A DNA stretch of 63,874 nt, counting the filler, from Octopus bimaculoides (taxonomy: Eukaryota): the NCBI RefSeq assembly GCF_001194135.2. It is 4 parts of 3 records of this genome, joined end to end, with 100 filler letters (N's around TTAATTAATTAA, not from the genome) between each part and the next. Parts side by side here need not be neighbours in the genome. Positions count along the whole stretch, not along the records: positions 1 to 26,893 come from NC_069004.1; 3 more parts are not named here. One strand, written 5' to 3'. The number at the start of each line of letters is the position of its first letter. Positions within the stretch are counted from its first letter, which is position 1. The notes beneath the pieces are model-generated. The model was not told the origin of the DNA, ran no database searches, and was given only the letters and a program-made list of their open reading frames with translations. This document shows, piece by piece, positions 10,455 to 24,128 of the stretch. Both the position numbers and the translations under genes were made by a program.

Positions 10455-11850
10455 TATAAGTGACTAATAAAGAGTCTTGTGAATTCCATTTTCTTTCTTT
10501 CATCATCATCATCATCATCGTTTAACGTCCGCTTTCCATGCTAGCATGAGTCGGACGATTTGACTGAGGACTGGTGGACCAGGAGGCGACACCAGGCTCC
10601 AATCTGATCTGGTAGAGTTTCTACAGCTGGATTTTTATAAACTCAACGAACACAAAAGAATTTTCTGAAGTAAATCCAGTGAGATTTACTGTTGATGATT
10701 TCAGGTAGCCAGATACTACAAATAGCCTTTAAACAACATACTACAAGGTGCATACCTGAATGTCAAATCAACAAGACAAATGAAATTAACAAGACTCTCT
10801 ATTCACTACAATTGTTTTGACCCTTCTGATGTTATTATACACTTTTATTATCAGTGTATAACATATTCATTCATTTACCTATTTCTATATTTTATTTTAT
10901 TTTTCATTTTCAATTCTTTGTAAGTTACCTTCTGGATTACATGAGAAGAATTCAACCTTATAACCAAATTGCTAGCATAGACACACAACACATTACAACA
11001 ACTGAATGTATTGAAATAGAAATAAGTGAAATGGAAATTAAAAACAAGGCACCTTATGATAAATCACCTGATGAGACACATTTGCACCTGCAATGCACCA
11101 TAAATGTTAGTACAGCATCTCACCAGATTTAGAGCGTGTTACCTCATCAGAGTGTTCTGATATAGAGGGGCTATATTTATTACGATTACTGGCATTGTGA
11201 TTATAAAATTCAATATGGTTAACCCTTTAGTGTTCGCATTATTCAGCCAAAATTAATGCTTCTTTTATCCACATTGTTTTGAACTAATCATGCATTATCT
11301 TGTAGCTATGAGATTTTGATGAGGTAGCTGTTAATTTTAAAAACGATATTGTAGGGCTGGTGTGAGAGATCAGATCTGGCCAGTTTGAACATAAAACAGG
11401 CAGAATACTTTTGGCCGGATATGGCCGATTTAAATGCTAAAGGGTTAACAACAGGTTTTCTCAACCTTATAACCCAATTGCTAGCATAGACACAACACAT
11501 TACAACTAAATGTATTGAAATAGAAATAAGTGAAATGGAGATTAAAAATGAGGCACCTTTTGATAAGTCACCTGATGAGACACATTTGCACCTGCAATGC
11601 ACCATAAATGTTAGTACAGCATCTCACCTGTGAGGTACTGGTGCACGATGGGCTGAAACAATCATAGTGAATAATAAAGAGTCCTGTGAATTCCATTTTC
11701 TTTCTTTCATATTTTTATAAACTCAACGAACTCAAAGGAATTTCCCAAGTAAATCCAGTGGGATTTACCCCGTTGATGACGTCAAGTAACCAAATACTAT
11801 GAATAGCATTTGAACTGCATACTACAAGGTGTATACCTGAATGTCAAATT
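10455..11850 (+). repeat. Two circularly permuted partial copies of an ~0.55-kb unit with CTGATGA cores, interrupted by a SINE and a MITE
   Basis: 10631-10770 resembles 11711-11850; 10953-11125 resembles 11462-11628; 10457-10500 resembles 11673-11710. Confidence 0.75.
11223..11444. mobile_element. piggyBac-type MITE (family A)
   Basis: TTAA-CCCTTTAG...CTAAAGGG-TTAA. TTAA TSD with CCC-initiated TIRs is the piggyBac signature. Related copy at 15217-15435. Confidence 0.85.
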
Positions 11851-12216
11851 ATTACTTTTATATTTATACTAACAGAGATGCTCAATGTTGCTCACAATTA
11901 AAATGGCATAGCTTTTTATTGTTTTACTTGTTTCAGTCATTTGACTGTAGACATGCTGGAGCACTGTCTTTAGCCAAATGAAATCGAACCCAGGATTTAT
12001 TCTTTGTAAGCCTAGTACTTATTCTATTGGTGTGTTTTGCCAAACAGCTAAGTTACAGGGATGTAAACACAGCAACATTGGTTGGCAAGCGATGGTGGGG
12101 GCACAAACACAGGCACACACATATAAATATAAACGACAGACCTCTTTCAGTTTCCATGTATGAATTCCACTCATATATCTCATCTTCCGTCCTTTATTTG
12201 CCATATATATATTTAC

Positions 12217-12373
12217 CTCTTCTCCATTTTCAATGACCATAGAGATTTTGTCATCAGGATCAAGGAGGGCCCCAGATTTCGTAGTCAGCGACAGAATTGG
12301 CTTCAACTGGCACTGGGCATAGACACGGCGAGAGGTCTCTTGATTGAGCCAAAGTATTGTTTTTGAACGATCA
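12217..12373 (-). CDS. TONSL: TONSL exon, UBL domain (DRSKTILWLNQETSRRVYAQCQLKPILSLTTKSGALLDPDDKISMVIENGEE)
   Basis: Acceptor gtctcttccag, donor gtaaat, phase 2 in and 0 out. Resembles human [35 protein letters not shown]. Confidence 0.93.
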
Positions 12374-13353
12374 CTGGAAGAGACAATTTATTAAGTAAAC
12401 AAGAACCAACATAGGACACACACATGCATGCATGCACGAACTTCTACATACAAATGCATACACGCATCTATAAATGCATGTACAGATTTCCTTCTGTAAA
12501 TCTATGAATAAATTTTACACAGAATTTTCCAAACAGTGGTGGTCGTTGTAGGAATGGTGATGGTCGAGGTGATGAGGAAGTTATACATCTTTTCTTTTAT
12601 CTTTTACTTGTTTCAGACATTTGACTACAGCCATGTTGGGGCATCACCTTGAAGGGTTTAGTCGAGTAAATTGACCCCAATACTTAATTTCAAATCAGGT
12701 ATATGTGTTCTTTTGCTGTTTTTGTAAAGTGGTTGGTGACAGGAAGGATAACCAGCCAAAGAAACCAAACTGAAAATGATATGATGTGTCCGGTACCTCT
12801 ACACTTCGAAAGTCTAGTAGAGTAAAAACAAAAAGTGCCTTGAAAAAAGGCAGTTAAGGGTTGGCAACAGAAAGGGTAACTATTGCTAAAATACCATCAC
12901 TAAAAGGAACAAATATGTTCTGATCCTTTTTTTTGTACCCTCTAAAGATTACCCAATACACACAACAGTTTCAACATCCAATTATTCATGATAGCATGGC
13001 TTGGATGGAGTTTATTGAAGAAGAATTTTTACAGCCAGATTCAGTGCCTGTCACCAGCTTTCATCTGTTTCTGAGTAAGGTAATATTTCCTCCATGGACA
13101 GACATGCTTAGAATATTGGAAAGACACTGCTTGCATGAAAGTGATGTTGATTTACAACTATCATGCAATATTAAAACAGGGAGACAGAAACATACACATA
13201 CATGTGCGCATACATATATGACAGGCTTCTTTCAGTTTCCAGCCATCAAATCTACTCATAAGGTTTTCATCGGCCTGGGGTTATAGCAGAAGACACTTAC
13301 TTAAAGTGCCATGCAATGGGACTGAACTTACAACCATGTGGTTTACCTATTAA

Positions 13354-13566
13354 TCCTTTTGTTACCATATTTCTGCTGAGATGCTCTGTGTTTCTTTCAA
13401 TTAATTTAAAATATAACAAAGAATTTAGTAAAATAACTTAGTTATCATTAAGCTAGTGTTAAGAACATAAATTGTAAATAAGGTTTGGAGGAAGATTTTA
13501 ATTCAGAACTTTTGAAAACAAGACATTTGTACTATAGAGGTTTCAGCCAGGTTGCTATCAAAAAGG
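13354..13566. mobile_element. piggyBac-type MITE (family B), degenerate copy
   Basis: TTAA flanks; internal sequence shared with 35399-35620 and 37448-37669. Confidence 0.7.
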
Positions 13567-13963
13567 TTAAAGATTCCCTTGATACTTTAGCAGAGATTCT
13601 CAACCATTTTTTACATATAGACCCCTTTGATTTCTATTTTACTTGGGTGGACCTCGCCCCACAAAACATTTCATGTTTAAAAATACCAATTATATTTTTA
13701 TAATTAAATATTAGTAAGAACTGTATAAAGAAAAATTCTTAAAATATTTTGTGTATTGTGGAAGTATAATGAATTTATTGCACATAAACTTTACTGGCCT
13801 GAAGCACTTTTTTTTGTCATGGGCCCTGAAAAATAACCATGGATCCCCGATTTACAAATTGCATCCAGGGAGCCCCAGGGTCCATATGGACACCAGTTGA
13901 GAACCCTTGCTTTAGATGTTGATAAAGTTCATCTTGTGTTAGATGTAGAAACATTGGGCTTAC

Positions 13964-14803
13964 CTGGGGGAAAGAGGCACACAGAAGTAGAGTGTACCAA
14001 CCTTAATATACACTTTGGACACCGTCTGGACCATTCCAGAAGAAACATTGTTAGTTCTTAATTGCAGTGATGATAACAATGATGACGATGATGTAGATGG
14101 TTTCTTTATTGAATCTGTAAAGTTTGCAGCATCAGTGAGATTGAGATCAGAATTCTGATGGAATATCTGCGAAAGTGTGACAGCCTCTTGGTTCGACTCA
14201 GGTATAAATGTAGGACTAAATCTACTCTCACTACTAAACTGGTGTTCTTCAGCAATACTGCTGCTGATGGTATTAGGTAAATTAATGTTAAGATTTGACG
14301 GAGGTAGAGAATTGCTGCTGTCGTTGCTGTTATTGTCATCTTCCTCGTCAATAACAGAATATGTCCTTGACTTGAAGCGCCTTAAGGAAGAGGAGGAGGA
14401 ACCTGGTTTCATTGCTGTGATGGAGGATGAAGAATCCTTACACTCAGAAGCTTTTCGAACAGCTGTTCCTGTTGTAAAATAATTACCCCTCGGAGCAAGC
14501 CGTTTCCGCTTGGATGGTTGGACATCTTCAATAAGCCAATCACTATCAACATATTTTTCTGATGAGATCAAAGCTGTCTTGCTGGATCCAACTTTGTTGC
14601 GTCGCTGCAGCGATTTGCTGCTGCACTCACTTTTGTGCAATCGCTGTCTTGCACTACTACCCACAGTTGACATGGCATTCCTGTAAGCATCAGTTGCTGA
14701 CTCCTGCTCAATGATGTTTCTGCTGTTGTTGTGGCATAATTCTGTTTCAGAGTCTGATGATCCTCCAGTAGAATTATCATCTTCAATAAACTCCGATAGA
14801 TTA
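13964..14803 (-). CDS. TONSL: TONSL large exon: S/D/E-rich linker with WLIEDVQPSKRKR motif and start of UBL (KVYIKVGTLYFCVPL)
   Basis: 840-nt open frame, acceptor cttttattcag, donor gtaagc, phase 2 in and 2 out. Confidence 0.92.
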
Positions 14804-16139
14804 CTGAATAAAAGAAAAAGAGAGGAGGTAGAGGAAAAAAAACTAAAATTAATATATGAAATAATTTTTAAAAAAACAAGCTCCAATCAATTTTAAAATA
14901 ATAATAATAATAGCTGGCCGCCAACACTTTTTTCTGCAAAATAAGGGTAGTTTATCCTGTTCAGGCTATATTATTAGCATTATCCTGCATTTGAGAATTT
15001 AAAATCACTTCTTTAACTTTATAATAATAATAGTTTCAAATTTTGGCATAGGGCTAGCAGCTATTGAGGGGAGGGAAAGTTGATTAATCAACTCCAGTAC
15101 TTGACTGGTAGTTATTTTATCAATCCCAAAAGAATGAAAGGTTAAAAAAAAAACCTCAGCAGAATTTGAACTCAGAACTCAGACTGTAGAGAGGGATGAT
15201 CCTAACACTTCCTTAATGCTTTAGTGTTCAGGTTATTCTATCAATCATAATGCTTACAGATTCACATTGTTTTGAACTCATCATGCATTATCTCATATCC
15301 TTGAGATTTCGATGATGTGATTGTCTGAAGAAGAATAACATTGTAGGATAGATGTGAGAGCCTGGATCCGGCCAGTTTAAACATAAAACAAATGGAAAAG
15401 TTTGGCTGGATATGGCTGGTTTAAATGCTAAAGGGTTAAATACTTTTTCTCTTTAATTTGTATACATGATCAAACAACCTCCTGTCTTATAGACCGTTAG
15501 ACTACTATAATCTGCGTTAAATTTGTGATTGTAATGAATTTATATAAAATAATAGGTGTATTTTTACGATATAAATTTATGGCAGGTTATTTACAAACGA
15601 AAAGTTTTATAATGATAAAATATTAAGATAACTTCAGAAGACGGGGTATCTGGAAATATAAAATTTCATTTACTCCTCACTACACCATTTTGAGCGTGGC
15701 CGTTGCCAGTACCGCCTGTCTGGCCTTCGTACCGGTGGCACGTAAAAGCACCCACTACACTCTCTGAGTGGTTGGCATTAGGAAGGGCATCCAGCTGTAG
15801 AAACTCTGCCAAATCAGATTGGAGCCTGGTGTAGCCATCTGATTTCACCAGTCCTCAATCAAATCGTCCAACTCATGCTAGCATGGAAAGCGGATGTTAA
15901 ATGATGATGATGATGATGATGATGATAGTCCTAGATACACTATGTCTGGAAAAAAAAAAAAAAGAAACCCAAAAGATGGGAATATTAGAGCTTGGATGTC
16001 TTTTATCATACATCTTGCTCAGTTAGAGGTAACTAGATGGGAGGAGGAGTTAACAACAATTAAACACACAGCAAAATAATGTAACCTTATTTTTTGTTCT
16101 TCAATGTCAAAATAAAAGATGAATTAAAAAGATATTTAC

Positions 16140-16272
16140 TCTTTCTGTCTTTTTCTGTCTCTCTTCTTGCGGGATGTCTCATTAATTAGAGGCGGACTGT
16201 CGTTGTCGTCAGAGTTATCTGAACACCAGTTCGTTGATGTTACAGCTAATTTTCGACGCAAAACACTGACAT
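16140..16272 (-). CDS. TONSL: TONSL exon, linker (DVSVLRRKLAVTSTNWCSDNSDDNDSPPLINETSRKKRDRKRQK)
   Basis: Not in the ORF track. Acceptor ctctccacttccactag, donor gtaaat. The only candidate I found that bridges the phase-1 and phase-2 neighbours. Confidence 0.8.
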
Positions 16273-16763
16273 CTAGTGGAAGTGGAGAGAGATACATATA
16301 TTAAATTAAACACAAAAAAATGATATATATATACACAAAAACAAGAAAAACACATATTTGCCTCAATTGCTTTAGTCTTAGACCAGCCACAACAAAATCC
16401 TTTAGTGTTGCAACAAATTCCTGGCCTCACAATCACTAATGACATCACTTTGATAATGGGACAAAAACTGCTTCACAAAAAACCGGTGTTCCCTTTCAGG
16501 CCCAAAAAACCTTCTGCTCCAAACAGTTGCTGACTCTCTAAAAGCTTACATGAGATGCACAATGAAACAAAGTTTCTGCATTTGGGACAATTCCACTGCT
16601 GTGTAACCAAACATCCTAGAATAAACACCTACAAAAAGGGCCACTAGACTAACTACTACAGTAACTTTGAGTAACATCTTTTTATCTTATCAGACAGATA
16701 TGATATCAGCTCACACAGTTATTTCTGCTCTTTGAAAGTAGCTAGTTACACACCCTATGGAGT

Positions 16764-17060
16764 TATTGAGCGAAAACACCTAAAGCTCCACAAGGCTCCG
16801 GCAGGGGATGGTGGTGAACCCTACTGTACTCTTCCACCACAACTTTCTCGCACTCTGACTTCCTGTTTCTGTTGTGCCTGTAATTCAAAGGGTCAGCCTT
16901 GTCATACTGTGTCACGCTGAATATCCCCGAGAACTACGTTAAGGGTACACGTATCTGTGGAGTGCTCAGCCACTTGCACGTTAATTTCACGAGCAGGTTG
17001 TTCCGTTGATCAAATCAACTGGAACCCTCGACATTGAAAGCGACGGAGTGCCAACAACAA
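16764..17060 (+). mobile_element. 5'-truncated SINE family 2 copy with 12-bp TSD
   Basis: ACCCTATGGAGT at 16752-16763 and 17061-17072. Confidence 0.88.
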
Positions 17061-17429
17061 ACCCTATGGAGTGCATCAGACCTCAGGAATTCACTCATGG
17101 CCCATGGTTATCTAGCACTTAATTCACCAAACTACCAAAGTTGACAGTAGAAAATCATCTAAATAGCTTAACAAAACCAGTTTATTCACTCACTGATTCT
17201 AAACGTGTGTTACCATCATATAAGCAATGTCCTTCATTTCTAATCTTCTCTGAAAACAATGTTTGGTTAAGGGAAATATTATTTTACTTGGAAACAAGTA
17301 AGGGTTGGTGACAGGAAAGGCATGGCCCGTAGAAAATCTGCCTCAAAATATTTTGTCCAACCCATGTGAGCACGAGAAAGTGGACATAAAAATCTGATGA
17401 TAATGAAGACACTCACTATATACAACATA

Positions 17430-17657
17430 GCTGGCAGAAACGTTAGCACGCCGGGCGAAATGCTTGGCGGTATTTCGTCTGCAGCTACGTTCTGAGTTCA
17501 AATTCCGCCGAGGTCGACTTTGCCTTTCATCCTTTCAGAGGTTGATAAATTAAGTACCAGTTATGCACTGGGGTCGATATAATTGACTTAATCCGTTTGT
17601 CTGTCCTGGTTTGTCCCCTCTGTGTGTAGCCCCTTGTGAGTAGTAAAGAAATAACTT
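17430..17657 (+). mobile_element. tRNA-derived SINE, family 4, with 15-bp TSD
   Basis: ACTATATACAACATA at 17415-17429 and 17658-17672. B-box-like GAGTTCAAATTCC. Relatives at 53223-53440, 57536-57731 and 35625-35835. Confidence 0.85.
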
Positions 17658-18075
17658 ACTATATACAACATATATATAAATATATATACACACATACACA
17701 CCAGGCAATTTATATATACAGAACAGGTTTATTCTGAAGCTACAATAGAAGACACTTGCCCAAGGTGTCATGCAGTGGGACTGAACCTGAAACCATGCGG
17801 TTGGAAAGCAAACTTCTGAACCACACAACACCTGTACCTACTTAATAGCTACAAACCACACCTGCTCCTTAAAACTCTCAAATATTTGCAAATGATGATC
17901 ATTAGAACCAACAAGATGACCACCCACCCACCCATTGCTGTCTTTGTGCACGATTGCCAAAACTGTCAAAGTTTGAAATGAGATAAAAGTATTTCAAATA
18001 AATGATGAAACAAAAATAAACAAATAAAAAAGAAACTGCTGCCTTATCCCCTCCTTGGTAGCTGCCCCTACTTAC

Positions 18076-18196
18076 CTTTGATCCCCATCTTCTCCTGTAG
18101 GTATCGAACCATTGACTGATACTGCTGCTCAGTCTCCTCATCTACATCATCACAGTTCTGACGCCATTCCATCAGAGATGTCAGAGCTGTTCGATC
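18076..18196 (-). CDS. TONSL: TONSL exon following the ankyrin repeats (DRTALTSLMEWRQNCDDVDEETEQQYQSMVRYLQEKMGIK)
   Basis: Not the frame shown in the ORF track. Acceptor ttttgtgtgcttcag, donor gtaagt, phase 0 in and 1 out. Resembles human GLSPLETLQQW...LDLETRQKARAMEMLL. Confidence 0.9.
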
Positions 18197-18398
18197 CTGA
18201 AGCACACAAAAAAACATAAATAATGGTGGCGGTGTGGTGTGGTGTGGTACATTTTCTATACATAGAAATGAAAAATAGCTGAGATAAAATTCTGCCGAGG
18301 TTCACTTTGCATCCTTTCAGGGTCAATAAATAAGTATAAGTTGAGTACAGGGGTCAATGTAATCGACTGACCCCTCTCCTCCATTATAAGCAAAAAAG

Positions 18399-18437
<39 letters not shown>

Positions 18438-18861
18438 TTCTTCTTTCAATTTTGTTTCCATTTCTTGCCAAGTGTCTTCCCAACACCTAGGGCAAAGAAA
18501 CTCACTATATATATATATTGGTAGGCCATTAAAATAAAAACACCAGATTGTTTATTTACAAAGTCATGTGATAGAAATAAAGGAGGGGGGAGAAAAACAG
18601 AGAGAAAAAGGAAAGAAAGAAACAAAGAAAATAAAGGGGGGAAAAGGAAAGAAAATTCACAATAACTGTTCTTCTCAATGCATTATTATTCCTTTACAAT
18701 GAATGGTAGGTTACTGCTAAATTGATCTTGTAAGCAGCTTTGATATAAATTCCTTCTTTAAGGCATAAGGATAGAGATGAACATAATAACTTCTTCTTGT
18801 ACTCCCTCCTAACTCTCTCCTCTCTCTCTCTCTCTCTCTCTCAGACTTCATACCAATGTTT

Positions 18862-19246
18862 CGTTGTTGGCACTCCGTCGCTTACGACGTCGAGAGTTCC
18901 AGTTGATCCGATCAACGGAACAGCCTGCTCGTGAAATTAATGTGCAAGTGGCTGAGCACTCCACAGACACGTGTACCCTTAACGTAGTTCTCGGGGATAT
19001 TCAGCGTGACACAGTGTGACAAGGCTGACCCTTTGAATTACAGGCACAACAGAAACAGAAAGTAAGAGTGAGAGAAAGTTGTGGTGAAAGAGTACAGCAG
19101 GGTTCGCCACCATCCCCTGCCGGAGCCTCGTGGAGCTTTAGGTGTTTTCGCTCAATAAACACTCACAACGCCCGGTCTGGGAATCGAAACCGCGATCCTA
19201 TGACCGCGAGGCTGCTGCCCTAACCACTGGGCCATTGCGCCTCCAC
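18862..19246 (-). mobile_element. Full-length SINE family 2 copy
   Basis: Intact A/B-box-like head and a probable CAATGTTT TSD. Confidence 0.88.
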
Positions 19247-19287
19247 TCAATGTTTGGTAAACATTACTGAAAAGTCAACTAACTTAC

Positions 19288-19524
19288 CCTGGCATCTGTA
19301 ATTGTAAAATCAGCCCCATGATTGAGGAGCACTTGCATGACTTCTATGTTGCCATTGGTTGCAGCATCTATAAGGGGGGTCACATGACCACACTCTTTGC
19401 CCCCAACATCATTTATATTGGCACCATGCTTAATCAGAACCTCCACTATGAGGTGGAAGCCAAGATTTGCAGCTTCATGTATCGGCATCCAACCGCAATA
19501 GTCCCGTACGTTTATAGGCTGGCC
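19288..19524 (-). CDS. TONSL: TONSL ankyrin-repeat exon (GQPINVRDYCGWMPIHEAANLG...TPLIDAATNGNIEVMQVLL)
   Basis: RDYCGWxPxHEAxNxG and GGxxCxxxTPLxDA are characteristic of the TONSL ARD. Acceptor gttctcttccag, donor gtaagt, 237 nt, phase 0 at both ends. Confidence 0.96.
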
Positions 19525-22500
19525 CTGGAAGAGAACAATTATACATTAGATTATATACTGATACACACACATATATTGGAATTATATATCATCGTCATTG
19601 TTTTAAGATACACTCTTCCATGTTTTGTATAGGTCAGAATTTGTTGACGCAGATTTTCCATGGCCATCAACCCTCACTTGTTTCCCATCTAAGTAATGTA
19701 TTCCTCATGACCAGACTTATTTCTTCAGAAGTTTGAAAACTAACGACATTGTATAGCAGTAACACTCATTTACAACCATTGTGTAATGTTGAGATAAGGA
19801 CTCACACATGTATGACAGACATCTTTCAATCAAATTCATTTACAGGGCATGGATTAGCCTAGGATATAGAAGACACTGGCCCAAGATGCCATGCAGTGGG
19901 ACAGAACCCGAAGCCACATTATTAGTAAGTCAGCTTCTAAACTACACAGTGACACATACACCTAAAGCTCCACGAGGCTTCAGCAGGGGTTGGAGGCGAA
20001 CCCTACTGTACTCTTTCACCACAACTTTCTCTCACTCTTTCTTCCTGTTTCTGTTGTACCTGTAATTCAAAGGGCCAGCCTTGTCACACTCTGTGTCACG
20101 CTGAACCTTCCCGAGAACTACGTTAAGGGTACACGTGTCTGTGGAGTGCTCAGCCACTTGCACGTTAATTTCATGAGCAGGCTGTTCCGTTGATCGGATC
20201 AACTGGAACCCTCGTCGCCGAAACCAACACAGTGCCACAAGTATTATTAGTCAAATAGTTAATTATTTAACCAATTAACTAATCATTTATTTGACTAATT
20301 GTTTGGTCAATCAGTCAATCAGCTAGGTTTGTCAAAGTCCTTAGTTGTCATTCATGGCCTTATCAATGACATGCTTTGTCTCTATTTCAAGTTTGCCTGT
20401 CTCTTAGTTTAGAGGCCCTGCATTTTTGTATCTATGTGTATGTATGTGAGAATGTATATGTGAGTGCATGTGTGTGTATATGTGAAGATAGAGAGAGAGA
20501 GAAAGTGAGTGAGCGAGCGTATGTACATAAGTGGATGTCTGAACATATAGCATGGTGTGACTGATTAAATATTTATTTGTTTATATATATATATTCACTC
20601 AGTTATTTTATGGCCTTTTTCAACAGCCTGCAAATGTGTGAATACAGAAAAGCATGTAAAGTATTCAAATCTCACAATTTCACTTAAGGATGGTACAGAC
20701 CAAATTAGAAACTGTTTATTCTTTAAAGCATTTATGTATGAGTCAGCAAAAAAGATATCTATATTACTTGTGACCTGATTAAATCAACATTCTAAAAGCT
20801 ACTTTTTTTATCACTGAATGAAGGCAATAAATATGACCAACAACAATAATAACATAATGCAATGAAAAGATCAAGATGTCGCTGTGTGGTAAGAAGTTTG
20901 CTTCCCAACCACAAGGTTCTGGGTTCAGTCCTACTGCTGGGGACAAGTGTCTTCTATTATAGCCTCAAGCTGATCAAAGCATTGTGAGTGGATGGGGTAA
21001 ATAGAAGTGTGTGTGTGTGTGCCTTTGCTTCTGTGTTTGCCCTCCACCATTGCTTGACAACCAGTGTTGGTGTGTTTACGTCCCCGTAACTTAGCAGTTT
21101 GGCAAAAGAGAGTAATAGAAAATGTACCAAGCTTTAAAAAATTTGTTTGACAAAAATTTTTTGAGGCTGTGCCCCAGCACAACCACAGACTAATGAGTGA
21201 AACAAGCCAAAGATAAAAGATAACCCTTTTGATGACAACCAGCCTGAGACTACCCATAGCTTTATGCCAGAAACCTTACAGTTTTAAAGTGAACTCAATC
21301 ATAACCTTCATTCAAAATTTCCTGATAATTTAAGTTCCAAACACCAAATTTATAAATGACAAAGTTATTTTACTAAATTCCTTAATTCTTTCCCAAATTA
21401 TTTTCCATAGAAATATGGTAACAAAAGAATTTTTTCTTTTTATATGCGCCCTTCTAAAGCCTAGCCAGGCTCATGGGCCTGGTTTCCCGGTTTCTATGGC
21501 ATATGTGTTCCCCACCTCCTTAGCTGGACGGGACGCCAGTCCATCGCAGCGTTACTCAAGAAACAGGAAGAAAGAGTGAGAGAAAGTTGCGGCGAAAAAG
21601 TACAACAGGGGTTGCCGCCCCCCTGCCGGACTCTCGTGGAGCTTTAGGTGTTTTCGCTCAATAAACTGTCTGGGAATTGAAACCATGATCCTCCGACCGC
21701 GAGTCTGCTGCCCTAACCACTGAGCCATTGCGTCTCCAAACAAAAGAATTAAAGTCATCTAANNNNNNNNNNCTCCGACCGCGAGTCTGCTGCCCTAACC
21801 ACTGAGCCATTGCGTCTCCAAACAAAAGAATTAAAGTCATCTAAATTGAAATTTTTCATCAAAATTCCATGTTAATTTAAGTTTCAAGCACTATCTTAAT
21901 GATCCTTTCTATTATAGGCACAAAGCCTGAAATTTTAGGGGAGGGGGCTAGTTGATTACAACCCCGGTCCTCAACTGGTACTTATTTCATTGACCACAAA
22001 AGTATGAAAAGCAAACTCAACCTTGGCAGGATTTGAACAGAAATCCTGCTAAGCAACCCATCTATTGTGGCAACAATTCTGCCAGCCCACTACCTTTCAC
22101 TAACTTAATAACGACAAAGTCATTTTACTAAATTCTCCATCATTTCCAAACTTGATTGAAACAAAAACAATGTATTTCAATGGAAATATGGTAACAAAAA
22201 TGTTAATATGGCTTTGGACACACTTTGGTGAATAAGCAATATAGTATATTATTAAACATTACAAAGACACCCTCCAGGGGAAAAAACATTTCCTTCTGAC
22301 CCCCAAACTAAAGAATCCTTTCCAGTGCCACACTAATTCCCATACCCAGTTCTTACTCCTCGGTTTATGACCTTTTAAATTGCTGTGTGTCCCCATTTCC
22401 AAGAGTTTGTTCTGCATTTTTCCCACAGCCTTTCCTTGCACGACTAGCTTCTAAAAATTCACACCCAAAAATAAACACAGAAAACTAAAAAAATAATTGT

Positions 22501-23897
22501 TGCTGCTGCAACAAAAGCCACAAATTAAAAGAATAAAAACCCACCACACCTGTTTTTAAGGAAATAGAGTGACCCGCAAAAGTTTACAACACAATAAAAA
22601 AAAAACAACTTTACATATATTGAGCTAACACAAGTTAATGAAATTTCTACCATTTATGAAGTTTTTTGTAATAAATTCAGTGCAACGATGAGAATATATA
22701 TGTTGTGTGTGTGTGTGTGTGTAAAAGAGAGAGAAAATGAGTTTTTGTGTTTTGTGCTTGTAACTCTACTGCTTGGCAACCAGTATTGGTTTGTTTATGT
22801 TCCTGTAACTTAGTGGTCTGGCATATGAGACAAATAGAATAAGTACTGAACTCGCAAAACAATGCTCTAGTGTGGACACAATCCAATGACTAAAATAACA
22901 AAACAATAAAGATAAAAGATATAAAAGTTTAGTGGTATAACAAATTCAATATAAATGAAACAAAATAAAAACATCTTGTGCCTATGGAGGGTCATCGTGC
23001 CAATATAAGAATAAACACAAACACACACACTGGTTCATAATCACTTCTTTATTTTTATTTTTTGTCAATCAGTCAAATATTTAATCAACTGTTTATTTAA
23101 ATGTTTAATGTAATGATTGAACAATCAGTCAGTTGTTTATCAGAGCCCATACATCTCTATTTGTAATCTTTTCAATAACATGCCCTTCACCTTTCAAGTT
23201 TACCCACTGTCCGACTATTAGTCTTATACCTATGTGTATGTATGTATGGAGGTGTGTGTGTCTGTGTCTATAGATGTGTGGGTGTTTATAAAAATGAAGT
23301 ATAAAAAAACGGAAGTNNNNNNNNNNNNNNNNNNNNNNNNNNNNNNNNNNNNNNNNNNNNNNNNNNNNNNNNNNNNNNNNNNNNNNNNNNNNNNNNNNNN
23401 NNNNNNNNNNNNNNNNNNNNNNNNNNNNNNNNNNNNNNNNNNNNNNNNNNNNNNNNNNNNNNNNNNNNNNNNNNNNNNNNNNNNNNNNNNNNNNNNNNNN
23501 NNNNNNNNNNNNNNNNNNNNNNNNNNNNNNNNNNNNNNNNNNNNNNNNNNNNNNNNNNNNNNNNNNNNNNNNNNNNNNNNNNNNNNNNNNNNNNNNNNNN
23601 NNNNNNNNNNNNNNNNNNNNNNNNNNNNNNNNNNNNNNNNNNNNNNNNNNNNNNNNNNNNNNNNNNNNNNNNNNNNNNNNNNNNNNNNNNNNNNNNNNNN
23701 NNNNNNNNNNNNNNNNNNNNNNNNNNNNNNNNNNNNNNNNNNNNNNNNNNNNNNNNNNNNNNNNNNNNNNNNNNNNNNNNNNNNNNNNNNNNNNNNNNNN
23801 NNNNNNNNNNNNNNNNNNNNNNNNNNNNNNNNNNNNNNNNNNNNNNNNNNNNNNNNNNNNNNNNNNNNNNNNNNNNNNNNNNNNNNNNNNNNNNNNN

Positions 23898-23937
<40 letters not shown>

Positions 23938-24091
23938 GATAGATAGATAGATAGATATAGATATATACATACATTGCTTGTACGATGATGATGATGATAT
24001 ATATACATACATTGCTTGTATGATGATAATAGTCTTTTACAACCATCAAATGATGTTAAGACAAAGGTACACACAAACATATTAGATGCAT

Positions 24092-24128
<37 letters not shown>

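Noticed and set aside
10455-11850. Repeat-spacer pattern as a possible CRISPR array
   Set aside because: Eukaryotic context, long irregular units, no constant short repeat with unique spacers, and no cas genes.
19170-19246. tRNA-like sequences with A/B boxes
   Set aside because: They are SINE heads continuing into SINE bodies, with no complete cloverleaf or acceptor stem.
23960-24030. ~39-bp tandem duplication containing ACATTGCTTGTA
   Set aside because: Only two units embedded in simple repeats, consistent with slippage.
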